DNA of 64,000 bases from an uncultured candidatus Porisulfidus sp. (GCA_965215125.1 OZ244052.1:1088001-1152000); one strand, 5' to 3'. Positions 1 through 9,895 are shown, counted from the first letter of the stretch. Made by a program: numbers and translations. The notes: a model not told the origin generated them from the letters alone.

Positions 1-208
1 GTAGCGATAAATGTTGCTTTTATTGTGTCTGCTGTTAGTTTGCTGGTTAGGTTTTTATGAGTAGGACTGCCGGCAAAGAAAACCAAAAAATAAACTAATT
101 AGCAATAGTAAAAACCTGTTTGCAAAAAGCGGGAGACTGTAATTTAAATTGTGTAAGTTCTAATTAAGATAAACTAGGTGGCAACACCAAACTAATAAAG
201 GAGAACTT

Positions 209-742
209 ATGAAAGATATAAAAAGCATCGGGAAAGAATTATCCCGTCATGTAAAGACCCAACAAGAGATGACCGATATCATCGGTCAGTTGATTAAGTC
301 AATGATGGAAGGCATACTCAATGCGGAGCTGGACGACCATCTCGGCTATGAGAAAAACGACAAAGCATCCAAGCGTAGAAAGAATACCCGCAACGGGCAT
401 AGTGCCAAGACCTTAAAGACCAATTATGGGGATATAACGATACAGACACCGCGAGATCGGGAGGCGTCGTTTGAACCGATGATTGTGCCGAAAGGGAAAA
501 CCCGTTTAGACGGATTTGAGGATACGATATTGGCACTCTATGCGCAAGGGATGACGGTGCGACAGATACAAGAGTCGATTAAAGAGTTGTATCATGGTGC
601 GGAGATTTCTACTGCGGTTATCTCGAATGTCACCGATGCGGTGATAGACGAGGTGCGGACTTGGCAGAGCCGAGTGTTAGAGTGCCTCTATGTGGTGATG
701 TATCTGGATTGCATCGTCGTCAAAGTGGAGACTGTAATTTAA
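209..742 (+). pseudogene. Truncated IS256 transposase (N-terminal part only)
   Basis: Identical to ORF 804..2036 up to YLDCIVVKV, then reads into the second left end. Confidence 0.9.
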
Positions 743-803
743 ATTGTGTAAGTTCTAATTAAGATAAACTAGGTGGCAACACCAAACTAATAAAGGAGAA
801 CTT

Positions 804-2036
804 ATGAAAGATATAAAAAGCATCGGGAAAGAATTATCCCGTCATGTAAAGACCCAACAAGAGATGACCGATATCATCGGTCAGTTGATTAAGTCAATGA
901 TGGAAGGCATACTCAATGCGGAGCTGGACGACCATCTCGGCTATGAGAAAAACGACAAAGCATCCAAGCGTAGAAAGAATACCCGCAACGGGCATAGTGC
1001 CAAGACCTTAAAGACCAATTATGGGGATATAACGATACAGACACCGCGAGATCGGGAGGCGTCGTTTGAACCGATGATTGTGCCGAAAGGGAAAACCCGT
1101 TTAGACGGATTTGAGGATACGATATTGGCACTCTATGCGCAAGGGATGACGGTGCGACAGATACAAGAGTCGATTAAAGAGTTGTATCATGGTGCGGAGA
1201 TTTCTACTGCGGTTATCTCGAATGTCACCGATGCGGTGATAGACGAGGTGCGGACTTGGCAGAGCCGAGTGTTAGAGTGCCTCTATGTGGTGATGTATCT
1301 GGATTGCATCGTCGTCAAAGTGCGAGAGCAAGGCCGTATCATTAACAAGTCGATCTATGTTGCACTGGGCATAAAGCGCAGTGGACGCAAGGAATTACTC
1401 GGGTTGTGGATTGCCGAGACCGAAAGTGCTAAGTTCTGGTTAGCGATATTAACCGAGCTACAAAATCGGGGTGTGAAAGATATCTTGATCTGTTGCATAG
1501 ATGGTCTGAAGGGTTTCGCAGAGGCGATTGCCAGCGTCTATCCGCAGGCAAAAATACAACTGTGTCTAGTCCACATGATGAGAAACTCGCTACGCTATGT
1601 TGCGACTAAAGATAAGAAAGCAGTCTCGGCAGCGTTAAAGAAGATATACAATAGTCCTACGGCGCAGGCTGCCGAGCAGGCGTTAGATGAGTTTGCCGAT
1701 TGCTGGTCGGCAAAATATCCGAGTGTTGAGCGGTCGTGGCGCAATAACTGGGACAACCTGATTACGTTATTTGATTACCCGCCGGAGATTAGAAAAATTA
1801 TCTATACAACGAATGCGATAGAAAGTCTCAATAGCGTGATTAGAAAATCCATCCGCAACCGGAAGATATTCCCGAGCGACCAATCGGCATTGAAAGTAGT
1901 TTATTTGGCAATCAAAAAAGCCTCTGCTCGCTGGACGCTGCCGATACGAAATTGGATACCGGCGATGAACCGATTAGCTATTGAATACGAAGGTAGATTT
2001 GATATTGAGGAAAACGAAGTTACACAAAATAGTTAA
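804..2036 (+). CDS. IS256-family (Mutator-like) DDE transposase
   Basis: 410 aa; RNG..PRDR, YLD, IDGLKG, QLCLVH and TTNAIESLNS motifs. Confidence 0.95.
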   Translation: MKDIKSIGKELSRHVKTQQEMTDIIGQLIKSMMEGILNAELDDHLGYEKNDKASKRRKNTRNGHSAKTLKTNYGDITIQTPRDREASFEPMIVPKGKTRLDGFEDTILALYAQGMTVRQIQESIKELYHGAEISTAVISNVTDAVIDEVRTWQSRVLECLYVVMYLDCIVVKVREQGRIINKSIYVALGIKRSGRKELLGLWIAETESAKFWLAILTELQNRGVKDILICCIDGLKGFAEAIASVYPQAKIQLCLVHMMRNSLRYVATKDKKAVSAALKKIYNSPTAQAAEQALDEFADCWSAKYPSVERSWRNNWDNLITLFDYPPEIRKIIYTTNAIESLNSVIRKSIRNRKIFPSDQSALKVVYLAIKKASARWTLPIRNWIPAMNRLAIEYEGRFDIEENEVTQNS

Positions 2037-2103
2037 CAGGCTCAAAAGCGGGGGGCTGTAGTATGGAAACCGACTTTGCAGGTGATCCTAAAAATGGGGA
2101 AGG

Positions 2104-2676
2104 TCATTGAGTTTCCTGCTCTAATTTCACTTGGATGTTAGGCCATGCATATAGTTGAGAGGTCATGCGTTGTAGGAACCCAACCTTATATATATCTTCT
2201 TTAGTTTCCTCTATAGATTTTGCTAATTCATTGTGACACAAAATATCAAGTGCTCTTAGTATAGGCGGTTCATCCTTTTCAATCTGAAGGCGTTGGGCTG
2301 TAAAGGAGGCTATATCATTTTGTCTGTTCATGATAATGTCTGCCTCTAATTCTCCAAATCTTTGTTTGAGGTTTGTGTGAAGCATGGCGCAATTAGAGAA
2401 TCCAAGAAATAAATCTAGCAGGAAAGCGAACATAGAAAGAATACTAAATACAGTTAACCATTTATCATCTAATGCGCCATTTGCAACAGTAAAACCAATC
2501 GTTGCGAGCACAATGCCGGTGCCTACGACAACACGATGACAAATATCAAAGAATCTACGTCGTCTGTCGTGGTAGCGGATTGATCTGCGGACTCCCCATA
2601 GAAGATCCCATCTTTCGTCTTCCATATTGTTTTTTTGAGGACCTGAGCATTGGGGAGACTGTGTTTGTGAGTTCAT
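2104..2676 (-). CDS. Two-transmembrane protein, SLATT-like
   Basis: Basic helix RRSIRYHDRRRRFFD followed by two hydrophobic helices and a helical C-terminus. Confidence 0.55.
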   Translation of the reverse strand: MNSQTQSPQCSGPQKNNMEDERWDLLWGVRRSIRYHDRRRRFFDICHRVVVGTGIVLATIGFTVANGALDDKWLTVFSILSMFAFLLDLFLGFSNCAMLHTNLKQRFGELEADIIMNRQNDIASFTAQRLQIEKDEPPILRALDILCHNELAKSIEETKEDIYKVGFLQRMTSQLYAWPNIQVKLEQETQ

Positions 2677-2678
2677 AT

Positions 2679-2957
2679 CTACTTACCTTTCTTTTTAGGT
2701 TTGGCGGGTGGGACTGTGTTTGTTACTTCCCTCTTCATTGGGGATTTTATGCCTGCCACTTTTTTCTTCCTCGGGGATGCTATGCTTGCTCCTTTTGTCT
2801 TTGGCTTCTTTCTGTACCCGGGTGTTTCGTCTTGAACTAAAGCTGATCCAGCTAAAGATTTGCTCTCCTTCGGAGTTGGTTCTTTCCTCCCGGATAAGAC
2901 TTTTGATGCCAACTTCGACACTTTATCGCTTGTTTGTTTTTTTCCTTTTTTAACCAT
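2679..2957 (-). CDS. Small very basic (Lys-rich) hypothetical protein
   Basis: 92 aa ORF ending 2 bp before the 2TM gene; core TSDKVSKLASKVL..SKSLAGSALVQ with a K/P-rich tail. Confidence 0.6.
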   Translation of the reverse strand: MVKKGKKQTSDKVSKLASKVLSGRKEPTPKESKSLAGSALVQDETPGYRKKPKTKGASIASPRKKKVAGIKSPMKREVTNTVPPAKPKKKGK

Positions 2958-3068
2958 TATATTTTTTCACACAGTAGTTATATGAATTTATAGACTTATA
3001 GTTTGAGTATATCATATGATGTTGTCCATTGTTGGGAGGAAGATCACGATACTCGTGCGGATACTTCT

Positions 3069-3353
3069 GGAGCTGTTGAAAAAGTATCCACGAACCGTAG
3101 GGACGGTACATTCCCCTCCTTCGGAGGGGTGGCAGGCGCAGCCTGACGGGGTGGTTGTGTCGTATCTGCAAGATTTATACATTCATTCACCCGATTTATG
3201 GAAACCAAAACCATAAGGCGCAAGCGGTTGGTGTCGTGCAGAACGGTACTTAAGGGCAGACACACAGGTCTGCCCCTACGGCTTGGTGGTTATTATAAAT
3301 TCACGGCGCAAGCGGTTACGGTTGCAAGCTGACGATACTTTTTCAACAGCCCC
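3069..3353. mobile_element. MITE (non-coding, 285 bp) carrying REP-like hairpins
   Basis: Perfect 17-bp IR GCTGTTGAAAAAGTATC (3072-3088) / GATACTTTTTCAACAGC (3334-3350); direct repeat ACTTCT at 3063-3068 and 3354-3359. Confidence 0.8.
3104..3170 (+). repeat. REP-like double-hairpin unit (family A)
   Basis: CCCCTCCTTCGGAGGGG plus CAGGCGCAGCCTG hairpins; near-identical to the three units at 38599-38820. Confidence 0.85.
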
Positions 3354-3381
3354 ACTTCTGCGACCACCCCGTCAGGCTAAG

Positions 3382-3422
3382 TAGAACCGCCACTTGTGCT
3401 ACTGCAACAAGTGGCGGTTCTA
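3382..3422 (-). terminator. Palindromic hairpin overlapping the mnmE stop codon (hairpin family B)
   Basis: TAGAACCGCCACTTG-loop-CAAGTGGCGGTTCTA, a perfect 15-bp stem; no clear U-tract. Confidence 0.5.
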
Positions 3423-4775
3423 TTTGCCGACACAGAAGCGGGAAAAAATATCTCCCAATAGTTCTTCGGTGCTGTATGCGCCGGTGATATTTGCCAGTGC
3501 TTGTTGTGCGATGCGCAAGTTCTCGGCGATGATTTCCAGTTTTTGATCGTGCGCTGTTCCATCCCGCATAACGATTTCGGACAACGCTGCTTCAGCCGTA
3601 TCCAGCGCATCCAGATGCCGTCGGTTGGCAAACAGCACGCTACGCTCGGCATCCAAAAAGTCGCCTTGTACGATACGCGCCTTGATTTTCTGTTGTAGTG
3701 TTTCTATGCCTTCGCCGGTTTTAGCCGATATCTGCACCTCAACTTCCGGATCGTCAACGGGTGTCATGAGCAGATCTATTTTGTTAGATACCACAAGAAC
3801 GGGCTGGTCTTTGAATTGCTTTAGCATTGCGCGCTCAGCATCGTCGATTCCACTACGCGCATCCACCAACAGCAAAAGTAAATCGGATGCTTGCATTGCC
3901 AAGTGGGTGCGGCGCACCCCTTCTTGTTCAACGGGATCTATGGTTTCCCTAATGCCTGCGGTATCCGATATCCGAATCGGGATGCCACCGATGACAATCT
4001 CTCGGCGGACTATATCTCTTGTCGTACCGGGTTGTTCGTTGACGATCGCTTCCGCTCGCATTGCCAACCTATTCAACAAGCTGGACTTGCCGACATTCGC
4101 TTGACCGACGATTGCAAGCTCTGCGCCTTCATATAAATAAAGGCTTTGCCGACCTGCCGCTTTAACCCGAGAAATCGTTTGGACGAGGTCTTGCAGATGT
4201 TGCTTAAGCACTTGCCGGTCAAAGGTTTCTATATCCTCATCGGAGAAATCCAACTCCGCCTCTACCAGGATGCGCAATGCTTTTATGCGCTCGGCTATTT
4301 CTTCAAACTGAGCGGACATTTCTCCTTGCAGGGCGCGTTGTGCGCCGCGTGCGGCTTGACGGCTGGAGCTATTGATCAAATCGGCAATCGCTTCCAACTG
4401 CACTAAATCGTATTTATTGTTGAGAAAGGCGCGTTGGCTGAACTCTCCCGGTTGCGCAAGACGTGCGCCGAGCTGCAACACCCGTTCCAGTATCAAGTCC
4501 AACACGATCGGACTGCCGTGTGATTGCAGTTCCAAGACATCTTCTCCGGTGAAACTGGCGGGGGCTTTATACAAAATAGCGATACCCTCGTCGATGATTT
4601 GACCTTGCGCGTCCATAAAGCGGCTATAGCACGCGTTGCGTGGTTTCAATGTTGTATGCGTAATCCGTGATGCAATCTCAACTGCGGCTTTGCCGCTAAC
4701 CCGCACAACCCCTATGCCGGCTTTGCCCGAGGCGGTTGCAACTGCGGCTATGGTGTCGCCGTCTTTAAGGTTCAT
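3420..4775 (-). CDS. mnmE: tRNA modification GTPase MnmE
   Basis: DTIAAVAT, SFTGEDVLEL, GQANVGKSS, DTAG, NKID and the C-terminal FCVGK. Confidence 0.97.
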   Translation of the reverse strand: MNLKDGDTIAAVATASGKAGIGVVRVSGKAAVEIASRITHTTLKPRNACYSRFMDAQGQIIDEGIAILYKAPASFTGEDVLELQSHGSPIVLDLILERVLQLGARLAQPGEFSQRAFLNNKYDLVQLEAIADLINSSSRQAARGAQRALQGEMSAQFEEIAERIKALRILVEAELDFSDEDIETFDRQVLKQHLQDLVQTISRVKAAGRQSLYLYEGAELAIVGQANVGKSSLLNRLAMRAEAIVNEQPGTTRDIVRREIVIGGIPIRISDTAGIRETIDPVEQEGVRRTHLAMQASDLLLLLVDARSGIDDAERAMLKQFKDQPVLVVSNKIDLLMTPVDDPEVEVQISAKTGEGIETLQQKIKARIVQGDFLDAERSVLFANRRHLDALDTAEAALSEIVMRDGTAHDQKLEIIAENLRIAQQALANITGAYSTEELLGDIFSRFCVGK

Positions 4776-6469
4776 GATTGCTCTATGCGTTTATTGATTA
4801 CATATTGTTGTGCAATTGAGAGGACATTGTTAATAAGCCAATAGAGTACCAAACCCGACGGGAAAAAAGCAAAGAAGACGGTAAAGATAATCGGTAGCAA
4901 GGTCATTATTTTGGCTTGTATCGGGTCGGGTGGTGTCGGATTGAGCTTGGTTTGGATGAGCATCGTAGCACCCATCAGCAACGGCAAAACATAATACGGA
5001 TCGCGGGTGGAGAGGTCTTGTATCCAAAACATAAACGGTGCTTGTCTGAGTTCTACACTCTCCAACAGCACCCAATAGAGTGCTATGAAAACCGGGATCT
5101 GAACCAAAATCGGCAGGCAGCCGCCCAAGGGATTGATTTTTTCTTTTTTATAGAAGTCCATCATCTCCTTTTGCATACGCGATTTATCGTCCTTGAAACG
5201 TTCGCGCAATGTCATCAAGCTGGGTTGTAATTTGCGCATTCTCGCCATTGATTTATAGCTCATCTCCGACAGCTTATAGAACACCAGCTTTATCAGCAAG
5301 GTCAGCAAAATGATTGCAACTCCCCAATTTCCGACACTACCGTAGATTAAATCCAGCAGCCAAAACAGCGGCTTGGATATGATCGAAAAAATACCGTAGT
5401 CGGTGGTCAGTTCAAGGCCTTCTTGTATTTCCTCTAGTTGGTTTTGTAGCTTAGGACCCACAAACAGCCGGGTAATAAATCGTTCTTCCTGCCCCGGTTC
5501 CACGACGATCGGTTGTGAGCGCATCCCTATAATGTATTCCGGGCGCACGCCGCCCTGCGCAACCCGCGTGTAAAAATCATTGCTTTGCCCGGCTTCCGGC
5601 AACAGTGCCGAGAGAAAATAATGTTGTAGCATCGCGACCCAGCCTTCGACGACTTCTATTCCGAGTTGCTCTTGCGCAATGTCGTCAAACGACAATTTGT
5701 TGTATTTACCGTCGTAATAGGCGGCGCCGGTAAAGGTATATAACAAGCGAAAGTCCTCTTCGTCAATATGCCCGCGGCGTAATTGCCGATATTGCCTCCC
5801 CACCCATGCCGTATCGCTATTGTTTTTCACCAAATGCTCGATGTCTAGCAGATAACTGCCGCGCTTGAAGGTGTATATCTTGTTGACCTCTATGCCGTCT
5901 CCGCTATTCCAATACAGTGCCGTTCGCAAGACCTCGTCGCCGTCGTCCATCACCGCCTCTTGCTGTTGCGCTTGATATTCTTGGTGATGCGAGGGGGCTT
6001 TTTTTCTGAGTGTGTCCCTGTCAATGCCGGCGATCTGATCATGTAATAACCCCGATTGCATCACATAAAAGTTTGCACCTTCTTTATTGTTAAATAAACG
6101 AAAGGGTCGCTCCGGCGTATCTATGCTTTGCGGTTGTTTCAGCAAGTCGGCACGGATGATGTCTCCGCCTCGGGTGCTGATTTCAAGATCCAACACATCG
6201 GTTATCACCTTGATGCGACCGCTCAACCCACGCTGTGGCGAGTCTTGTATCACGGCATTAGCTTGACCGGGGTCGTGAACAACCGCCTCGGGCAGATCGT
6301 CTTGGGGTGGTGGTGTTGCGGTGTCTCCGTATCGGGTGATTTCGGCTTGCGATACCGAGGGATCGGTCAATGCTGCGTGCTGCTCCGATTGCCAAGTTTG
6401 CCACCTTTCCCATAATAGAAAAAGCACCAATGCCAACGATAAATATAATATGAGGCGCGAATTCTCCAT
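4772..6469 (-). CDS. yidC: Membrane protein insertase YidC
   Basis: N-terminal TM, periplasmic domain, GNWGVAII, NPLGGCLP, GLVLYW. Confidence 0.97.
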   Translation of the reverse strand: MENSRLILYLSLALVLFLLWERWQTWQSEQHAALTDPSVSQAEITRYGDTATPPPQDDLPEAVVHDPGQANAVIQDSPQRGLSGRIKVITDVLDLEISTRGGDIIRADLLKQPQSIDTPERPFRLFNNKEGANFYVMQSGLLHDQIAGIDRDTLRKKAPSHHQEYQAQQQEAVMDDGDEVLRTALYWNSGDGIEVNKIYTFKRGSYLLDIEHLVKNNSDTAWVGRQYRQLRRGHIDEEDFRLLYTFTGAAYYDGKYNKLSFDDIAQEQLGIEVVEGWVAMLQHYFLSALLPEAGQSNDFYTRVAQGGVRPEYIIGMRSQPIVVEPGQEERFITRLFVGPKLQNQLEEIQEGLELTTDYGIFSIISKPLFWLLDLIYGSVGNWGVAIILLTLLIKLVFYKLSEMSYKSMARMRKLQPSLMTLRERFKDDKSRMQKEMMDFYKKEKINPLGGCLPILVQIPVFIALYWVLLESVELRQAPFMFWIQDLSTRDPYYVLPLLMGATMLIQTKLNPTPPDPIQAKIMTLLPIIFTVFFAFFPSGLVLYWLINNVLSIAQQYVINKRIEQS

Positions 6470-6486
6470 CTCGTTTTAGCTCGCTG

Positions 6487-6861
6487 TTACTCGGGACACT
6501 GTATCGCTTGCCGCTGCCAAAAATGCACAAGTTTTCTATGGAGCGTCGGTGCATCTATTCGGGTTTGTTCGCCTCTATAACTGACTAGATAATCCCGTCC
6601 GGGTAGTCTTAGTCGGTAGATGCGAAAGGTCTCTTTGATAATTCTTTTAATTCGGTTGCGCTTCACTGCGTGTTTAACTCTTTTCTTTGAAATAGCCACT
6701 CCTAAACGCGCATGACCACAACGATTGACTACATGGCGGATTAAAAGATCGCTATCCTTAAATATCTCTGTTCGCTTAGCCGGGAAAACAAAATCCGAGG
6801 CTTTGCGAAGGCTGAATACTCCTTTTAGATTTTTAACCGCTTTTGCTTCGTCGCCATCCAA
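6487..6861 (-). CDS. rnpA: Ribonuclease P protein component
   Basis: RLGVAISKKRVKHAVKRNRIKR motif; lies between rpmH and yidC; start codon uncertain. Confidence 0.9.
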   Translation of the reverse strand: MDGDEAKAVKNLKGVFSLRKASDFVFPAKRTEIFKDSDLLIRHVVNRCGHARLGVAISKKRVKHAVKRNRIKRIIKETFRIYRLRLPGRDYLVSYRGEQTRIDAPTLHRKLVHFWQRQAIQCPE

Positions 6862-6882
6862 AATAATTCTGTTGCCATTGTA

Positions 6883-7017
6883 TTAAGGGCAAAGCGCAGA
6901 CCGACCGCGGCGACGACGGGCATTAAGAATCGCACGGCCGCTACGCGTTTTCATGCGCGCACGAAAGCCATGCGTCCGTTTGCGTTTAAGATTACTGGGC
7001 TGAAATGTCCGTTTCAT
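6883..7017 (-). CDS. rpmH: 50S ribosomal protein L34
   Basis: Not in the ORF track; manual translation gives [44 protein letters not shown]. Confidence 0.97.
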   Translation of the reverse strand: MKRTFQPSNLKRKRTHGFRARMKTRSGRAILNARRRRGRSALCP

Positions 7018-7187
7018 TTTTTGGTCTCTAAAATACTCGGTTTAGGGTGCTTAATGTAACACTTTTGCGCTTTTTTTTCAACTTTGGGTTGCCAGTTCAA
7101 CGCATCAAGCTGTCTTTGTATATACAGTCTGCGATCAGGGGTGCGCTTGAGGCTTATTATATAGATAGGGTAGGGATTAGTATTCAT
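7014..7187 (-). pseudogene. N-terminal remnant of a second GT25 glycosyltransferase
   Basis: Manual translation MNTNPYPIYIISLKRTPDRRLYIQRQLDALN matches the start of ORF 7265..8275; similarity stops near 7094. Confidence 0.8.
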
Positions 7188-7264
7188 GGTTATTTGAACT
7201 TTATTGTATCAGTCTCCGGACTGCATTCTAATACAAAATATGGATACGCGGCTTCTTAGCTCCC

Positions 7265-8275
7265 TTATACATTGCGAACGGAATTTTTCAAATAACCAAA
7301 CGAAGCTGTCGCACAAGGTGGTGTAAGAATCCTAAGTTTAATACTACCTTGCTTGTATAAATACCACGGGATAGCATCTATATGCATTCTGTATTCAGAA
7401 TTAACTACCTCCTTACATTGATTGGCTGCCGCCGAAGTCAATAGATAAGCCATACCCGATGTCGGTTGCTCGGCAGGGATTGCCGTATCGTAGCTCTCGT
7501 ATAGGGTTTGTTGGCTAGGTCTAACAGGCAGCCCCCCTATTTGACAGGCTGCGTAGATACGCATATTCTTTTCTTTGTTTCTGTATATTATGTGGTGATC
7601 GGGATTATAGAATGTCAATAAATACTTATAGGCATTAATAGAATACTTAAACAATTTATTGGCTGTTCTTGAACTGCTTAACAACATTAACAACCACCAT
7701 TGAAACTTAGGAATAGCAGTCCAGTCTAACTGATTGCGAGATGCAGGTGTAGGTGGCATCATCCGTCTAAACCATTTGACTCTTTTCAATTTCGGAAATA
7801 ATGAACAATCTATCTCGGGCATTTCTTTCATTTCTTTTTGAATATTAGGATTCGTTGCCGGTATATATCTAATCGTCTTAGACTGGCTGGACAGCATGAG
7901 TATATCCCAAGATGCTTTTTGTGACGCGCTCAGTATCCTTCCAAAATCAGGTGATATTTGGGTATCGTCTTCCAATATACAAGCGGCAGAATCATGATGC
8001 TTCGCCATTAAATTATAGGCTTTGACATGACTTAAGGCACACACAAAGTGATAATAAAAATAATGCTCGTTTCCTTTCTCAATAACGGTTCGATCAATAT
8101 CCAATAGGTCGGCAACCTCATCTCGGTATTGTAGAGATTTAAAATCTCGTTTATCTACAGCATCGACGATTTGATAGTTCAAGTTCAACGCATCAAGCTG
8201 TCTTTGTATATGTAGTCTACGCTCGGGGGTGCGCTTCAGACTGATTACATAAATAGGATACGGGTTAACACTCAT
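7265..8275 (-). CDS. Glycosyltransferase family 25 protein
   Basis: YVISLKRTPERR, CALSH, ILEDD and AYLLT motifs. Confidence 0.85.
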   Translation of the reverse strand: MSVNPYPIYVISLKRTPERRLHIQRQLDALNLNYQIVDAVDKRDFKSLQYRDEVADLLDIDRTVIEKGNEHYFYYHFVCALSHVKAYNLMAKHHDSAACILEDDTQISPDFGRILSASQKASWDILMLSSQSKTIRYIPATNPNIQKEMKEMPEIDCSLFPKLKRVKWFRRMMPPTPASRNQLDWTAIPKFQWWLLMLLSSSRTANKLFKYSINAYKYLLTFYNPDHHIIYRNKEKNMRIYAACQIGGLPVRPSQQTLYESYDTAIPAEQPTSGMAYLLTSAAANQCKEVVNSEYRMHIDAIPWYLYKQGSIKLRILTPPCATASFGYLKNSVRNV

Positions 8276-8358
8276 GCTCAGACAAGTTCGAAATTCAGGG
8301 TTATGCTACAACATTATTTTGCTTTTATGCGCGCTTTCTATACAATGAATATCGCTCA

Positions 8359-9135
8359 ATGAAAACCGATAAACATCCCGAAATCGTTATTATATCAGGC
8401 TTTGATCCATGCGCTGGTGCGGGGTTGATTGCCGATATTGAAACCGCACACGCCTTAGGTTGTCGTAGCCGAGCGGTCATTACTTGTCAAACGGTACAAA
8501 ACAAAGAGAATGCGACAGCTTGTGTGGCAAGCGATGCAACTTGGTTCAAGTCTCAGTTGCACTCTGCGACAGATAGAAGTGCTTGCTCGGCAATAAAAAT
8601 AGGCTTAACACCGTCACCCGAGATAATTGAGATAATCGCCGAAGTGCTGCCCGGATTAAATTGTCCCATTGTCATTGACCCGATTATTGCTGCCGGTGGC
8701 GGTTATGTGTTTTGTGACTCTAAAACTATAGACCTTCTTTGCGGTAAGCTAATTCCCCTATGCGATCTTGCAACGCCCAATGCACAAGAGCTCAAGCAGC
8801 TTGCGAAGACATCCGATTCCAACCAAGCTGCAACATTACTACTTGGACGGGGATGCAAAGCGGTTTTGGTAAGTAGCGAATACCAAAAGGAAGGCCTTTT
8901 ATATCATTGCCTTTATAGACCGAACCATTCACCTCAAATATATACTGCCAAACGATTACCCCATCGTTATCGCGGTAGCGGTTGTATACTCGCCAGTGCA
9001 ATAGCCGCCTATCTAGCACACGGGAATGAATTGGCATCGGCTGTTAAACAAGCACAAGAATTTACATACGGCTGTTTGTTGACTGCAATTTCCGCAGAAC
9101 AAGGAATCGCTATGCCTCAACGTTTTAAGCGATGA
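8359..9135 (+). CDS. thiD: Hydroxymethylpyrimidine/phosphomethylpyrimidine kinase
   Basis: SGFDPCAGAGLIADI, IKIG, TPN, RGSGC; coupled to thiE. Confidence 0.88.
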   Translation: MKTDKHPEIVIISGFDPCAGAGLIADIETAHALGCRSRAVITCQTVQNKENATACVASDATWFKSQLHSATDRSACSAIKIGLTPSPEIIEIIAEVLPGLNCPIVIDPIIAAGGGYVFCDSKTIDLLCGKLIPLCDLATPNAQELKQLAKTSDSNQAATLLLGRGCKAVLVSSEYQKEGLLYHCLYRPNHSPQIYTAKRLPHRYRGSGCILASAIAAYLAHGNELASAVKQAQEFTYGCLLTAISAEQGIAMPQRFKR

Positions 9136-9785
9136 AATTAGAAGGTCTATATCTGATTGCCGATACTACACAGTTGATAGAGAAAAATATGGACAAACAC
9201 ATCGCTTCGTTGATAGAAGCGGGTGTGTCAATGATTCAATTTCGAGACAAAACACGCCGCACCTATGAACACGAGGCTATACAAAAAACACACCGGCTCG
9301 CTCGAGCAATCCAAGCGCAATGCCAAATCTACAACATTCCTTTTATCGTCAACGACGATGTTTCTTTGGCGATAGCAATCAACGCCGACGGCGTGCATCT
9401 GGGAAAAAACGATATGGATATGGCGGAGGCAAGACAACGGTTGGGTCCTAATAAATATATCGGTGTGTCGTGTTATGCTTGTGCATCGCGTGCCTTACAG
9501 GCACAACAAAACGGTGCCGATTATGTCGCTTTCGGTGCGGTTTTTAGTTCCATCACTAAACCACAAGCCGAACGTTTGGGTTCGTCTATTGAGGAATCAC
9601 TACGCGTATTAGAAAAACTAAGCATAGGAATCGATATACCGATATGCGCAATCGGCGGCATCACGCCGGACAAAGCAAAACAAGTGATCGGATGCGGTGT
9701 GCAGATAGTCGCAGTCGCTTCGGGCATTTTGAAGGCGGTCAATCCCTGTCAGGCGGTTGAGCACTATCGCCGTGCTTGGTTATAG
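9132..9785 (+). CDS. thiE: Thiamine-phosphate synthase
   Basis: QFRDK, IVNDD, GVHLG, ADYVAFG, AIGGI. Confidence 0.95.
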   Translation: MKLEGLYLIADTTQLIEKNMDKHIASLIEAGVSMIQFRDKTRRTYEHEAIQKTHRLARAIQAQCQIYNIPFIVNDDVSLAIAINADGVHLGKNDMDMAEARQRLGPNKYIGVSCYACASRALQAQQNGADYVAFGAVFSSITKPQAERLGSSIEESLRVLEKLSIGIDIPICAIGGITPDKAKQVIGCGVQIVAVASGILKAVNPCQAVEHYRRAWL

Positions 9786-9895
9786 CATGTTCGACGACGG
9801 TAGCTGTTCACCAACCACGAATTAACCTACCGGCGATTATCGTAAATTTAATTGATGAATATTGTGGTTTGCGTAAATCACAATAGCGGCAACGA

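Larger units (their letters stand above)
133..2043 (+). mobile_element. IS256-family element preceded by a tandem copy of its own first 595 bp
   Basis: Left end GAGACTGTAATTTAAATTGTGTAA at 133 and again at 728; imperfect right IR ending ...TTACACAAAATAGTTAACAGGCTC at 2043; 8-bp direct repeat AAAAGCGG at 125-132 and 2044-2051. Confidence 0.93.

Noticed and set aside
1-60. Possible 3' end of a membrane-protein gene entering the window
   Set aside because: Only 19 hydrophobic codons are visible, not enough to support a call.
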